The notes under the pieces: model-generated | The model's input: only the letters and a program-made list of their open reading frames with translations | What the model was told of the DNA's origin: nothing | Databases searched by the model: none | Shown here: positions 10,493 through 24,290 of the stretch, one piece after another | Position numbering within the stretch: position 1 is the first letter of the stretch | Layout: each line of letters begins with the position of its first letter | Program-made: the position numbers and the translations under genes | Assembly (NCBI GenBank): GCA_039930465.1 | Contig: JBDTTU010000006.1 | Location: forward strand, 6,317 to 70,316 | Origin: Burkholderiales bacterium | Lineage (GTDB): Bacteria; Pseudomonadota; Gammaproteobacteria; Burkholderiales; Burkholderiaceae_C | Length of the DNA: 64,000 nucleotides | Reading direction: 5' to 3'

Positions 10493-10523
10493 GTTGTGTG
10501 TCCTGGTTGATCCGCCGCCGCCA

Positions 10524-11309
10524 TCACCCGAAACGCCCGGTGATGTAGTCCTCGGTGTCCTTCTTCTTCGGCTTCATGAAGAGTTCCGAGGTCGGGCCGA
10601 ATTCGATCAGGTCGCCCAGGTACATGTAGGTCGTGTAGTCGGAGCAGCGCGCCGCCTGCTGCATGTTGTGGGTGACGATCACGACCGTGTAGTCACTCTT
10701 CAGCTCACCGATCAGCTCTTCGATCTTGCCGGTGGAGATCGGGTCGAGCGCCGAGCAGGGTTCGTCGAGCAAGAGCACTTCGGGCTTGATCGCGATACCC
10801 CGGGCGATGCACAGGCGCTGCTGCTGCCCGCCCGACAGGCCCGAGCCGCTCTGGTCCAGCTTGTCTTTCACCTCGGTCCAGAGTGCAGCCTTCTTCAACG
10901 CCCACTCGACACGCTCGTCCATCTCGACCCGCGGCAGCGTCTCGAAGAGTTTCACGCCGAACGCGATGTTGTCGTAGATCGACATCGGAAACGGCGTGGG
11001 CTTCTGGAACACCATGCCGACCTTGGCACGCAGCAACGACACGTCTTCCTTGCTCTTCAGGATGTTTTCGCCGTCGAGAATGATCTCGCCTTCGGCACGC
11101 TGCTCGGGGTAGAGCTCGAACATGCGGTTGAAGGTGCGCAGCAAGGTCGACTTGCCGCAGCCCGAGGGCCCGATGAAGGCGGTGACCTTCTTCTCGGGAA
11201 TGTCCATGTTGATGTTCTTCAGCGCGTGAAAGCCACCGTAGTAGAAGTTCAGGTTGCGCACCGAAAGCTTGGGCTTCTCGGTGACGGGCAGATCGACCTT
11301 GGTGTCCAT
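10524..11309 (-). CDS. pstB: Phosphate ABC transporter ATPase PstB
   Basis: [35 protein letters not shown]. Start ATG 11309. Confidence 0.97.
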   Translation of the reverse strand: MDTKVDLPVTEKPKLSVRNLNFYYGGFHALKNINMDIPEKKVTAFIGPSGCGKSTLLRTFNRMFELYPEQRAEGEIILDGENILKSKEDVSLLRAKVGMVFQKPTPFPMSIYDNIAFGVKLFETLPRVEMDERVEWALKKAALWTEVKDKLDQSGSGLSGGQQQRLCIARGIAIKPEVLLLDEPCSALDPISTGKIEELIGELKSDYTVVIVTHNMQQAARCSDYTTYMYLGDLIEFGPTSELFMKPKKKDTEDYITGRFG

Positions 11310-11317
11310 CGGGGACC

Positions 11318-12220
11318 TCAGTGTTTGTTGCGAAGGAAGGTGCGCGCCAGGATGTTGAGCACCAGCACACCCATCGTGATCAGGAAGACGCCGGCCCACG
11401 CCAGCTTCTGCCAGTTCTCGTACGGGCTCATCGCGAACTTGAAGATCGTGACCGGCAGGCTCGCCATCGGCGAACTCAGGTCGCTGGTCCAGAACTGGTT
11501 TGACAATGCGGTGAACAGCAGCGGCGCGGTCTCGCCGGCGATGCGCGCGAGTGCGAGCAGGATGCCGGTGAGCACACCGGCGCGCGCCGACTTCAAGGTC
11601 ACGGTCATGATGACCTTCCATTTTGGCGTGCCCAGCGCATAGGCCGCTTCGCGCAGCGCATTCGGGATCAAAGACAGCATGTTCTCGGTCGTGCGGATCA
11701 CGACCGGGATCACGATCAGCGCCAGCGCCAGGATGCCGGCCCAACCCGAAAAGCTCTTCAAGCGCGCGACCACCACCGAGTAGATGAACAGGCCGACGAC
11801 GATGGACGGGGCGGCCAGCAAAATGTCGTTGATGAAGCGGGTGACGCTGCCGAGCCAGGTCTTCTGGCCGTACTCGGCCAGGTAGATGCCGGCCAGGATG
11901 CCGACCGGCGTGCCGATCAGCGTCGCCAGCGAGACCATCGTGACCGAGCCGAAGATCGCGTTGGCAAGACCGCCGTCTTCGGACAGCGGCGGTGGCGTCA
12001 TCTGCGTGAACAGCGACAGCGTCAGGCCGCCGATGCCCAGGCGCACGGTCTCGACCAGAATCCAGATGAGCCAGAACAGCCCGAAGGCCATCGCCGCCAG
12101 CGACAGGGTCAACGCGATCCCGTTGACGCGTTTGCGGCGCACATGCTTGGCAACGCGCGAGGCCTGCAGCGCGGAGACGGGTGGCGGCATCGTGGTGGTG
12201 GTGGGGATGGTGTTGCTCAT
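11318..12220 (-). CDS. pstA: Phosphate ABC transporter permease PstA
   Basis: ABC permease EAA loop (LREAAYALG), [12 protein letters not shown]. Confidence 0.96.
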   Translation of the reverse strand: MSNTIPTTTTMPPPVSALQASRVAKHVRRKRVNGIALTLSLAAMAFGLFWLIWILVETVRLGIGGLTLSLFTQMTPPPLSEDGGLANAIFGSVTMVSLATLIGTPVGILAGIYLAEYGQKTWLGSVTRFINDILLAAPSIVVGLFIYSVVVARLKSFSGWAGILALALIVIPVVIRTTENMLSLIPNALREAAYALGTPKWKVIMTVTLKSARAGVLTGILLALARIAGETAPLLFTALSNQFWTSDLSSPMASLPVTIFKFAMSPYENWQKLAWAGVFLITMGVLVLNILARTFLRNKH

Positions 12221-13239
12221 GCGCGTGCCCCCTCGCCCTTCTTCAGTTGCGCGAGCAGCAGCTTCGAGCAGGCCAGCACCACGAAGGTGATGAAGAAGAG
12301 CACCAGACCCAGATAGATCAACGAGGCCTGGTGCAGGCCCTCGCCAGCCTCGGCGAACTCGTTCGCAAGCGCTGAAGTGATGCTGTTGGCCGCCTCGAAC
12401 AAGGAGGCCGAGTTGAGCTGATTCTGGTTGCCGATCACGAAGGTCACCGCCATCGTCTCACCGAGCGCACGGCCGAGCCCGAGCATGATGCCGCCGACGA
12501 CGCCGGTCTTGGTGTACGGCAGCACGACCTTGAACATCACTTCCCAGGTCGTCGAGCCGAGGCCGTAGGCCGACTCCTTCAGCAGCGGCGGCGTGACCTC
12601 GAACACGTCTCGCATCACCGAGGCGATGAACGGAATGATCATGATCGCCAGGATGATGCCGGCCGAGAGCAGACCGATGCCGACCGGCGGCCCGGAGACC
12701 AGCGCGCCGAGGTACGGCACGCCGCTGAACAGCGATTGCAACGGTTGCTGCACATAACTCGACAGCAGCGGGCTGAACACCAGCAGACCCCACATGCCAT
12801 AGACGATGGACGGGATCGCGGCGAGCAACTCGATCGCCGTGCCCAGCGGGCGCTTCAGCCAGCTCGGCGAGAGCTCGGTCAGAAACAGCGCAATGCCGAA
12901 GCTCACAGGCACCGCGATCAGCAACGCGATCAGCGAAGTGACCAGCGTGCCGTAGATCATCACCAGCCCGCCGTACTTGTTCTGCACTGGATCCCAGTCG
13001 CTCGTCCACAGGAACGACAAACCGTATTCCTGGATCGCCGGCGCCGCGCCGATGACGAGAGAGATGATGATGCCGGCGAGCAGCGCCAGCGTCAGCCACG
13101 CCGCAGCGTGGGCCAGGATCGAGAACAGGGTGTCGGCCCAAGGCATGACACGCCGTGGAGCGGGCGGACGCCCCTGCGACTGGGTTCGGTCCATCTTCAC
13201 GGGCTCGTTGTACGGTGTCGCGGGAAGTGTAGCGGCCAC
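12217..13239 (-). CDS. pstC: Phosphate ABC transporter permease PstC
   Basis: [25 protein letters not shown]; 4-bp overlap with pstA. Start uncertain. Confidence 0.95.
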   Translation of the reverse strand: MAATLPATPYNEPVKMDRTQSQGRPPAPRRVMPWADTLFSILAHAAAWLTLALLAGIIISLVIGAAPAIQEYGLSFLWTSDWDPVQNKYGGLVMIYGTLVTSLIALLIAVPVSFGIALFLTELSPSWLKRPLGTAIELLAAIPSIVYGMWGLLVFSPLLSSYVQQPLQSLFSGVPYLGALVSGPPVGIGLLSAGIILAIMIIPFIASVMRDVFEVTPPLLKESAYGLGSTTWEVMFKVVLPYTKTGVVGGIMLGLGRALGETMAVTFVIGNQNQLNSASLFEAANSITSALANEFAEAGEGLHQASLIYLGLVLFFITFVVLACSKLLLAQLKKGEGARA

Positions 13240-13277
13240 GGTTGATTCCCTCGAAGTTCAGTCGCCGGGCACTCGAC

Positions 13278-14312
13278 TTACTTGGCCGCGACTGTCTTGC
13301 CCGAGGCATCCTTGAGGCTGTCGGCCCAGAGCTTGTGCACCAGAACCTTCACCGAATCAGGCATCGGCACGTAGTCGAGATCGGCCGCCATCTTGTCGCC
13401 GCTGGCATAGGCCCAGTCAAAGAACTTCAGCGTGTTGGTGGCGTTGAGCGGCTTGTCCTGGACCTTGTGCATCATGATGAAGGTCGCGGCGGTGATGGGC
13501 CACGAGTCCTTGCCCGGCTGATTCGTCAGCACCTGGTAGAAGGTCTTGTTCCAGTCGGCGTTGGCGGCGGCGGCCTTGAAGGTCGCGTCGTCCGGTGCAA
13601 CGAACGCGCCGGCCTCGTTCTTCAGCAGCGTGTAGGCCATCTTGTTCTGCTTCGCATACGCGTATTCGACGTAGCCGATCGAGTTTGGCAGGCGCTGCAC
13701 GAAGGCCGAGACACCTTCATTGCCTTTGCCGCCCGCACCGGTGGGCCAGTTCACGGCCGTGCCTTCGCCGACCTTGGCCTTCCATTCGGGGTTGACCTTC
13801 GACAGATAGTTCGTGAAGTTGAAGCTGGTACCCGAGCCGTCGGCGCGGCGCACCGCGGCGATGGCGGCGTCGGGCAACGCGACGCCAGGGTTCAGCGCGG
13901 TCAGCGCCGGGTCGTTCCACTTGGTGATCTTGCCGAGGTAGATGTCGCCAAGAACTTGGCCAGTCAGCTTGAGCTGACCTGGGGCGATGCCCTTGATGTT
14001 GACGACCGGCACAACGCCGCCGATCACGGTCGGGAACTGGATCAGGCCATCTTTCGCGAGCACTTCGTCGGTCAGCGGCGCATCCGAGGCGCCGAAATCG
14101 ACCGTCTTCGCATTGATCTGCTTCATGCCGGCACCCGAGCCGACAGATTGGTAGTTGATGCGCGCACCGGTCGCCTTGTTGTAGGCGTCGGCCCATTTGG
14201 CGTAGACAGGTGCGGGGAATGACGCGCCGGCACCAGTCACGTCCTGGGCGAAAGAAACAGTGGCAATGGCGCTCAGCGCCAGCGTGGCAGAGCGAATGAA
14301 GAAGAGCTTCAT
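13278..14312 (-). CDS. pstS: Phosphate-binding periplasmic protein PstS
   Basis: [30 protein letters not shown]; signal peptide [22 protein letters not shown]. Start ATG 14312 with GGAAAGG upstream. Confidence 0.97.
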   Translation of the reverse strand: MKLFFIRSATLALSAIATVSFAQDVTGAGASFPAPVYAKWADAYNKATGARINYQSVGSGAGMKQINAKTVDFGASDAPLTDEVLAKDGLIQFPTVIGGVVPVVNIKGIAPGQLKLTGQVLGDIYLGKITKWNDPALTALNPGVALPDAAIAAVRRADGSGTSFNFTNYLSKVNPEWKAKVGEGTAVNWPTGAGGKGNEGVSAFVQRLPNSIGYVEYAYAKQNKMAYTLLKNEAGAFVAPDDATFKAAAANADWNKTFYQVLTNQPGKDSWPITAATFIMMHKVQDKPLNATNTLKFFDWAYASGDKMAADLDYVPMPDSVKVLVHKLWADSLKDASGKTVAAK

Positions 14313-14355
14313 GGGCAGACCTTTCCGTGCAGGGGTGATTGAGTTCATGCGCCGG

Positions 14356-14389
14356 ACTGTAGGCAAGCCAGATGACAAGCCTGTGACAA
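14356..14389 (-). promoter_or_regulatory. Pho box and -10 element of the pstS promoter
   Basis: Minus strand TTGTCAC-AGGC-TTGTCAT (11-bp period, 14389-14372), then 10 nt, then TACAGT. This matches the established PhoB-box geometry. Confidence 0.85.
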
Positions 14390-14441
14390 CCGCGCTTCAC
14401 AGCGCGCAAGCCAGCTGCAGGGCACCTTTGGCACCCTCTTG

Positions 14442-14470
14442 TTGTCACATTCGATTCACGGACTTGTCAC
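14442..14470 (+). promoter_or_regulatory. Second, oppositely oriented Pho-box-like array
   Basis: Plus strand TTGTCAC-ATTC-GATTCAC-GGAC-TTGTCAC: three half-sites at 11-bp period, the middle one degenerate. Confidence 0.55.
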
Positions 14471-14516
14471 ACGCAACGACGCGCCCCGACCCGACCCGCG
14501 CCCTCACGAACCGGGT

Positions 14517-15845
14517 TCAGCCCAGTGTGTCGGCCAGCCGCTGCGCGCAGCGCTGTGCCTGAGTGGCATCACGCGCTTCCACCATCACCCGCACCAGCGG
14601 TTCCGTGCCCGAGGGGCGGATCAAGACTCGCCCGTTGTCGCCGAGCTCTTCGGTCACGGCGCGCTGGGCGCTGGAAAGTGCGCCGTTGCTCTTCCAGTCG
14701 CTGCCCGGTTTCAGGCGCACGTTGATGAGTGTCTGCGGAAACAGCGTCAGGTCTTCCAGCAGTTGCGCCATCGACCGGCCCGAGCGGCTCACTGCCTGCA
14801 GCACCAGCAAGGCGCTGACGATGCCGTCGCCGGTGGTGTGCTTGTCGAGCGCCAGCAGGTGCCCCGAGCCTTCGCCACCGAGCTGCCAGCCGCGCGCCAC
14901 CAGTTCTTCGAGCACGTATCGGTCGCCAACCTTGGCGCGCACGAAGCCGACACCGCGCTCGCGCAGGGCCACTTCGACCGCCATGTTGGTCATCAGCGTG
15001 CCCACGGCACCGGGCACGGGCGCACCTTGCGCCAGCCGGTCGTTGACCATCAGGTAAAGCAGCTCGTCGCCGTTGTAGAGGCGCCCGGCGGCGTCGACCA
15101 GTTGCAGGCGGTCGGCATCGCCGTCGAGCGCCACGCCGTAGTCGGCACGGTGCTCCTTGACGGCGGCCACCAGTGCCGCCGGCGAGGTGGCACCGAAGCC
15201 GGCGTTGATGTTGGTGCCGTCGGGGCTGCAGCCGATCGCGACGACTTCGGCACCGAGCTCGTGAAACACGTTCGGCGCCACGTTGTAGGCGGCGCCATGG
15301 GCCGCGTCGATGACGATCTTCAGGCCCTTCAGCGACAGCTCGCTGCTGAAGGTGCTCTTGCAGAACTCGATATAGCGCCCGCGCGCGTCTTCGAGCTTGC
15401 GCGCCTTGCCCAGGTCGGCCGAGCTGACCCACTGCGCAGGCTGCTCGAGCGCGGCCTCGACCTGCTGTTCCCAGGCGTCAGGCAGCTTTTCGCCACGCGC
15501 CGAGAAGAACTTGATGCCGTTGTCTGGAAAGGCATTGTGCGAAGCGCTGATCACCACACCCAGGTTGAGGCGCAGCGCGCGCGTGAGGTAGGCCACGCCC
15601 GGCGTGGGCAGCGGGCCGGTCATCAATACGTCGACCCCGGCCGAAGCAAAACCTGCCTCGAGCGCTGACTCGATCATGTAACCCGAGATGCGCGTGTCCT
15701 TGCCGATCAGCACGGTCGGCTTGGCGTCGCCGGTCTTCAGCACCCGGCCGACCGCATGGCCAAGGCGAAGCATGAAATCAGGCGTGATCGGCGCTTGCCC
15801 GACCGTGCCTCGAATGCCGTCGGTGCCGAAATAGGTTCTGCTCAT
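14517..15845 (-). CDS. glmM: Phosphoglucosamine mutase
   Basis: [33 protein letters not shown]. Start ATG 15845. Confidence 0.98.
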   Translation of the reverse strand: MSRTYFGTDGIRGTVGQAPITPDFMLRLGHAVGRVLKTGDAKPTVLIGKDTRISGYMIESALEAGFASAGVDVLMTGPLPTPGVAYLTRALRLNLGVVISASHNAFPDNGIKFFSARGEKLPDAWEQQVEAALEQPAQWVSSADLGKARKLEDARGRYIEFCKSTFSSELSLKGLKIVIDAAHGAAYNVAPNVFHELGAEVVAIGCSPDGTNINAGFGATSPAALVAAVKEHRADYGVALDGDADRLQLVDAAGRLYNGDELLYLMVNDRLAQGAPVPGAVGTLMTNMAVEVALRERGVGFVRAKVGDRYVLEELVARGWQLGGEGSGHLLALDKHTTGDGIVSALLVLQAVSRSGRSMAQLLEDLTLFPQTLINVRLKPGSDWKSNGALSSAQRAVTEELGDNGRVLIRPSGTEPLVRVMVEARDATQAQRCAQRLADTLG

Positions 15846-15885
15846 GTTCAATGGATCTCCTCGGCGCGGATTATCGGCGTGTGCT

Positions 15886-16716
15886 TCAGCCCGGCAATCC
15901 CGCAATCGACCACAGCTTCAAGGCGTCAACGGTCTCTGCGACATCGTGCACACGCACGATGCTGGCGCCATGCTGCACGGCGGCCAACGCGGCCGCCACG
16001 CTGGCCGCCTGGCGCTGCGACACGTCACGCCCGGTGATCACCCCCAATGTCGACTTTCGCGACCAGCCGACCAGCAGCGGCCGGCCCAGCGCCAACAGTT
16101 CGCGCTGCCGGCGCAGCAGCGCGATGTTGTGTTCCGGGCGCTTGCCAAAGCCGATGCCGGGGTCGCAGGCGACGCGATCGAGGCCAATACCACGCGCTGC
16201 CAGCGCTTCGCAACGCGCGCGCAGGAAAGCGCCAACCTCGGCGACCACGTCTTCATACGCCGGGCGCGCCTGCATCGAATCGGGCGTGCCATGCATGTGC
16301 ATCAGGCACACGCCGCAGCCCGCGTGCGCGGCCACCACGTCGAGCGCTCCAGGTGCCTGCAACGCGCTGATGTCGTTGATGATGTCAGCGCCCAGCGCCA
16401 GCACCGCGCGCATCACTTCGGGCTTCTTCGTGTCGACCGAAATCGGGCAGCCCAGCTTCAGCGCCGCCTCGACCACCGGCATCACACGGGCGAGTTCTTC
16501 TTCCAGCGGCACGGCCAGCGAACCCGGGCGGGTCGACTCGCCGCCAATGTCGAGCATGTGCGCGCCTTCGGCCAACAGGCGTTCGCAGTGCGCCAAGGCT
16601 TGCGCCGTGCCGGCATGCCGGCCAGCGTCAGAAAAAGAATCGGGCGTGACGTTGACGATGCCCATCACGCGCGGTTGCGCCAGATCGATCGTGAAGCGTG
16701 TGGTGAGCCAGTGCAT
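15886..16716 (-). CDS. folP: Dihydropteroate synthase
   Basis: [40 protein letters not shown]. Confidence 0.97.
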   Translation of the reverse strand: MHWLTTRFTIDLAQPRVMGIVNVTPDSFSDAGRHAGTAQALAHCERLLAEGAHMLDIGGESTRPGSLAVPLEEELARVMPVVEAALKLGCPISVDTKKPEVMRAVLALGADIINDISALQAPGALDVVAAHAGCGVCLMHMHGTPDSMQARPAYEDVVAEVGAFLRARCEALAARGIGLDRVACDPGIGFGKRPEHNIALLRRQRELLALGRPLLVGWSRKSTLGVITGRDVSQRQAASVAAALAAVQHGASIVRVHDVAETVDALKLWSIAGLPG

Positions 16717-16725
16717 GACAGGAGT

Positions 16726-16753
16726 AAAAACGGAAACGGGGCCGAAGCCCCGT
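16726..16753 (-). terminator. Intrinsic terminator after ftsH
   Basis: Minus strand ACGGGGC-TTCG-GCCCCGT followed by TTCCGTTTTT. Confidence 0.75.
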
Positions 16754-16780
16754 GTCGTGCGTGAACAGCCGCGTCGTGCG

Positions 16781-18682
16781 TCAGGCCGTTGCGGCGGCCG
16801 TGCCAGGCGCGGCCGGCGGGGTCGGCGGCACCAACTTGCTCATCGAAGGGTTCCAGTCCTTCGGCGGGCGTGGCGGCCTGTCGTTCATGATGTCGTCGAT
16901 CTGCTCGGCATCGATGGTCTCGTACTCGAGCAAGGCGTTGGCCATCGCGTGCATCTTGTCCTTGTTGTCTTCGATCAGCTTGCGGGCAACGGCGTATTGT
17001 TCGTCGAGGATCTTGCGGATCTCGCGGTCGACCGACTGCATGGTCTGCTCGCTCATGTTGGTCGTCTTGGTGACCGAGCGGCCGAGGAAGACCTCGCCTT
17101 CGTTGTCGGCGTAGACCATCGTGCCGAGCGCGTCGGTCATGCCGTAGCGCGTGACCATGTCGCGGGCGATGTGGGTGGCGCGCTCGAAGTCGTTGCTGGC
17201 GCCGGTGGTCATCTCGCCGATGAACACTTCTTCGGCGATGCGGCCGCCGAACAGGATCGAGATCGTGCTCAGCATGCGGACCTTGTCGGTGCTGTAGCGG
17301 TCGCCTTCTGGCAACTGCATCGTCACGCCAAGCGCACGGCCGCGCGGAATGACCGTCACCTTGTGCACCGGGTCGGCCTTGGGCACCAGCCGCGCCACCA
17401 GCGCGTGGCCCGACTCGTGGTACGCGGTGTTGCGGCGTTCGTCTTCGGCCATGGCCATCGACTTGCGCTCCGGGCCCATCATGATCTTGTCCTTGGCCTT
17501 CTCGAAGTCGCCCATCTCGACCACCCGGCCATTGCGGCGCGCGGCGAACAAGGCAGCCTCGTTGACCAGATTGGCCAGGTCAGCGCCCGAAAAGCCCGGC
17601 GTGCCGCGCGCCAGGATGTCGGCACGGATGTCTTGTCCGACCGGCACCTTGCGCATGTGCACGTTGAGAATGGCTTCGCGGCCACGCACATCGGGCAGCG
17701 TCACGTAGACCTGGCGGTCGAAGCGGCCCGGGCGCAACAGCGCCGGGTCGAGAATGTCGGGCCGGTTGGTCGCCGCCATCACGATCACGCCGAGGTTGGT
17801 CTCGAAGCCGTCCATCTCCACGAGCATCTGGTTCAGCGTTTGCTCGCGTTCGTCGTTGCCGCCGCCCAGGCCGGCACCGCGGTGGCGGCCGACCGCGTCG
17901 ATTTCGTCGACGAAGATGATGCAAGGCGCGCTCTTCTTGGCCTGCTCGAACATGTCGCGCACGCGCGCCGCGCCGACACCGACGAACATTTCCACAAAAT
18001 CGGAACCCGAGATCGAGAAGAACGGCACCTTCGCTTCGCCGGCAATTGCCTTGGCCAGCAAAGTCTTGCCGGTGCCCGGGGGGCCGACCAGCAACACGCC
18101 GCGAGGGATGCGCCCGCCGAGTTTCTGGAACTTCTGTGGGTCTTTCAGGAAGTCGACCAGTTCCTTGACCTCTTCCTTGGCTTCGTCGCAGCCAGCGACG
18201 TCGGCGAAGGTGGTCGTGTTGTTGGCCTCGTCGAGCATGCGGGCCTTGCTTTTGCCGAAGCTGAAGGCGCCGCCCTTGCCGCCGCCTTGCATCTGACGCA
18301 TGAAATAGATCCACACGCCGATCAGCAGCAGGATCGGGCCCCATGACGCCAGCATGCTGAGCAGGAACGAAGGTTCCTCGCGCGGCTTGACGTCGAACTT
18401 GACGTTGTTGTTGATCAGGTCGCCGACCAGGCCGCGGTCAAGGTAGGTCGCCGTGGTGCGCAGTTCCTTGTCGTCGCTCGTCTTGGCGCGAATCTCGGTG
18501 CCGCTGGCGGTCTCTTGCAGTTGCACGCTCTTGATGCGCTTGCTGCGGACTTCTTCCAGGAAGTCGGAGTACCCGATCATTCCGGTCTGCGATGCACTCC
18601 GGTCGAACTGCTTGAACACGGTGAACAGCACGAGTGCGATCACCAGCCAGACAGCCACTTTCGAGAACCATTGATTGTTCAC
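16781..18682 (-). CDS. ftsH: ATP-dependent zinc metalloprotease FtsH
   Basis: Two N-terminal TMs, [19 protein letters not shown] zinc motif. Start GTG 18682 (MNNQWFSK). Confidence 0.98.
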   Translation of the reverse strand: MNNQWFSKVAVWLVIALVLFTVFKQFDRSASQTGMIGYSDFLEEVRSKRIKSVQLQETASGTEIRAKTSDDKELRTTATYLDRGLVGDLINNNVKFDVKPREEPSFLLSMLASWGPILLLIGVWIYFMRQMQGGGKGGAFSFGKSKARMLDEANNTTTFADVAGCDEAKEEVKELVDFLKDPQKFQKLGGRIPRGVLLVGPPGTGKTLLAKAIAGEAKVPFFSISGSDFVEMFVGVGAARVRDMFEQAKKSAPCIIFVDEIDAVGRHRGAGLGGGNDEREQTLNQMLVEMDGFETNLGVIVMAATNRPDILDPALLRPGRFDRQVYVTLPDVRGREAILNVHMRKVPVGQDIRADILARGTPGFSGADLANLVNEAALFAARRNGRVVEMGDFEKAKDKIMMGPERKSMAMAEDERRNTAYHESGHALVARLVPKADPVHKVTVIPRGRALGVTMQLPEGDRYSTDKVRMLSTISILFGGRIAEEVFIGEMTTGASNDFERATHIARDMVTRYGMTDALGTMVYADNEGEVFLGRSVTKTTNMSEQTMQSVDREIRKILDEQYAVARKLIEDNKDKMHAMANALLEYETIDAEQIDDIMNDRPPRPPKDWNPSMSKLVPPTPPAAPGTAAATA

Positions 18683-18832
18683 CGCAACTCCATTTCCGGG
18701 GCATGAGCTCTGGCGCGACAACCTCGTGCCGCACCGTGCAACCCATGTGCGGACGATTTTAGACCAGTCAAGCCCCTTGCCCGCATTGCAAACCCCAAGC
18801 GCGGCGGGCGTGTATCGGCTTGTTTGCGCGCT

Positions 18833-19531
18833 TTACGGCCGCCTACCGGCCGCGCTGGCCCGCGACTTCAGCCCGATTCCAACCAGGAAAGTCTCGGCCG
18901 ACTTGTCGCGTGAGGCCTTTGGCTTGATCGGCTTGACGACCCGGAACGTGGCCTTGAACAGCTTGGCGAGCTGGCTGTAGCCACTGCCGTGGAACACCTT
19001 GCAGACCAGCGCACCCTGCGGCGTGAGGTGCTTCTGGGCGAACTCGACTGCCAGTTCGACCAGATTTTCCATGCGCGCCGCGTCAGACGCTTCGATGCCC
19101 GACAGGTTGGGTGCCATGTCGGAAATGACCACGTCGACCGGTCGACCGCCCAGCAGCGCTTCGAGTTCTGCAACGACCGAATCCTCGCGAAAGTCGCCCT
19201 GGATGAAGCTCACGCCTTCGATCGGCTCGAAGTCGAGAACATCGAGCGCGATGATCGTGCCATTGAGCGAACCCGTCGCCGCGCCTCCCACACCCGCTTC
19301 CTTCGGCGCAAACTTGCGCCGCACGTACTGGCTCCAGGCGCCGGGCACTGCGCCCAGGTCGACGACGATCTGGCCCGGCTTGAGCAGATGCAGTTCTTCG
19401 TCGATCTCCTTGAGTTTGTAGGCGGCGCGCGCGCGGTAGCCGTCTTTTTGCGCCAGCTTCACATAGGTGTCGTTCAAGTGGTCGTGCAACCACGCCTTGT
19501 TGACCTTCTTGCTTTTGGTTTGGGTTTTCAT
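18833..19531 (-). CDS. rlmE: 23S rRNA Um2552 methyltransferase RlmE (FtsJ)
   Basis: [31 protein letters not shown]; upstream of ftsH. Confidence 0.96.
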   Translation of the reverse strand: MKTQTKSKKVNKAWLHDHLNDTYVKLAQKDGYRARAAYKLKEIDEELHLLKPGQIVVDLGAVPGAWSQYVRRKFAPKEAGVGGAATGSLNGTIIALDVLDFEPIEGVSFIQGDFREDSVVAELEALLGGRPVDVVISDMAPNLSGIEASDAARMENLVELAVEFAQKHLTPQGALVCKVFHGSGYSQLAKLFKATFRVVKPIKPKASRDKSAETFLVGIGLKSRASAAGRRP

Positions 19532-19551
19532 CTCGGGTCAATAATACGGGC

Positions 19552-20028
19552 ATGACTGCGATTCACTTGACACCTGCCCAGCGCAAGGAACACCGGGCTG
19601 AAGCCCACCACCTCGACCCCGTCGTGATGATCGGCAACGACGGACTCACGCCCGCGGTGCAAAAGGAGATCGACGCGGCGCTGAACTCTCATGGCCTGAT
19701 CAAGGTGCGGGTGTTTTCAGACGACCGAACCAGCCGCGAGGCAATGTTCACGACGCTGGCCGACTCGCTCGGCGCCGCGCCGATCCAGCACATAGGCAAG
19801 CTGCTGGTGCTGTGGCGCCCGATGCCTCCGAAAGAAAGCACCCCGCGCGAGGGCCGCGGCGCCGGGCCGAAAGTTGTGAAGATCCTCAAGTTCTCGAAGA
19901 GTGGCAATCACCGCGCGCAGGTCAAGAAGATCACCGTGATGGGCAACATGCGCATCGCTGCCGGTGGCGAACTCAAGCGCGCCCGCAAGCGCGTGAGCAG
20001 CGTCAAGAAGACGTCGCAGCAGTCCTGA
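19552..20028 (+). CDS. yhbY: YhbY family RNA-binding (CRM domain) protein with basic C-terminal extension
   Basis: AHHLDPVVMIGNDGLT, HGLIKVRV, QHIGKLLVLWR; divergent from rlmE. Confidence 0.92.
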   Translation: MTAIHLTPAQRKEHRAEAHHLDPVVMIGNDGLTPAVQKEIDAALNSHGLIKVRVFSDDRTSREAMFTTLADSLGAAPIQHIGKLLVLWRPMPPKESTPREGRGAGPKVVKILKFSKSGNHRAQVKKITVMGNMRIAAGGELKRARKRVSSVKKTSQQS

Positions 20029-20479
20029 TCGTTGGCGCCGTTGGGGGTGCGCTCAGGCGCCACGCCAGCGCCAGCACGAGCAAGCCCTTCAGGGCGAACA
20101 GGCCACCCGACACCGCGTGCAGCGCGCCGAACGACCAGGCACCCTGCCCGGCCCGCGCGGCGGCCATCATCGGCTGCACCGCGAAATGGCTGGCCACCGT
20201 GCAGAACAGCGTGCCCATCAACAACACGATGTTGGTGCTGAGCACCGAGCCCGCCCCTGAAGCCGCCGCTTGCCGGCTGCGCTGGCGCTCCAGCGCGAAC
20301 AGGATCAACGCGACCGCCAGGCTGGCATAAGCCTCTTCCATCAAGACACGGCCGACCACACGCCCTGCATCGGCCGAGGCAAGCGTCGCGAAGGCCGACG
20401 GTGCTGCCAGCGCCGCGATGCACAGCAGCACTCCGGCCCACAAGCCGGCCAGCAAGGCCGACAAACGGGCGCTCTTCAC
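20003..20479 (-). CDS. DUF4149-like small membrane protein
   Basis: Four hydrophobic segments, AAPSAFATL motif, FGALHAVS near the C-terminus. Starts 3 bp after greA; its 3' end overlaps yhbY by 26 bp. Confidence 0.7.
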   Translation of the reverse strand: MKSARLSALLAGLWAGVLLCIAALAAPSAFATLASADAGRVVGRVLMEEAYASLAVALILFALERQRSRQAAASGAGSVLSTNIVLLMGTLFCTVASHFAVQPMMAAARAGQGAWSFGALHAVSGGLFALKGLLVLALAWRLSAPPTAPTIRTAATSS

Positions 20480-20482
20480 CGT

Positions 20483-20959
20483 TCACCCATAGCGCACAGC
20501 CATGATCTCGTAGTGCTTGATGCCACCCGGCGCCTGCACTTCGGCCACGTCGCCAGCGGCCTTGCCGATCAGGGCGCGCGCGATCGGCGAACTGATCGAG
20601 ATCAGCCCGAGCTTCAGGTCGGCTTCGTCGTCACCGACGATCTGATAGGTGACCTTCGCGCCACTGTCTTCGTCTTCCAGATCGACGGTGGCAGCGAACA
20701 CCACGCGCCCTTCGGCGTTCAGATTCGAAGGGTCGATGATCTGCGCCGCCGCAAGCTTGCTTTCGATCTCGAGGATGCGGCCTTCGATGAAGCCCTGCTT
20801 GTCCTTGGCCGCTTCGTATTCGGCGTTTTCCGACAGGTCGCCCTGCGCACGCGCTTCCGAGATGGCCTGGATGACCGCATGGCGCTCGACGCCCTTGAGG
20901 CGTGCCAGTTCTTCCTTGAGCTTGTCGGCGCCGCGAATGGTGAGGGGGATGGTGACCAT
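20483..20959 (-). CDS. greA: Transcription elongation factor GreA
   Basis: [31 protein letters not shown]. Confidence 0.98.
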   Translation of the reverse strand: MVTIPLTIRGADKLKEELARLKGVERHAVIQAISEARAQGDLSENAEYEAAKDKQGFIEGRILEIESKLAAAQIIDPSNLNAEGRVVFAATVDLEDEDSGAKVTYQIVGDDEADLKLGLISISSPIARALIGKAAGDVAEVQAPGGIKHYEIMAVRYG

Positions 20960-20977
20960 GATGAAAAACCCTGGAGC

Positions 20978-21012
20978 AAAAATGAAGCCGCCGCCGGTGG
21001 AGCCGGCGGCGG
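20978..21012 (-). terminator. Terminator/attenuator-like hairpin between carB and greA
   Basis: Minus strand CCGCCGCCGG-CTCCA-CCGGCGGCGG (10-bp stem) followed by CTTCATTTTT. Confidence 0.65.
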
Positions 21013-21035
21013 ACAGAACGTGAAACGACTTTATC

Positions 21036-24273
<3,238 letters not shown>

Positions 24274-24290
<17 letters not shown>

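Noticed and set aside
10524-11744. Extended 406-aa PstB and other long N-terminal extensions in the ORF track (phoB, pstS, carA, glmM, ftsH, nuoH, nuoI, nuoM)
   Set aside because: The extensions overlap upstream genes or promoters; downstream starts fit the family N-termini and ribosome-binding sites.
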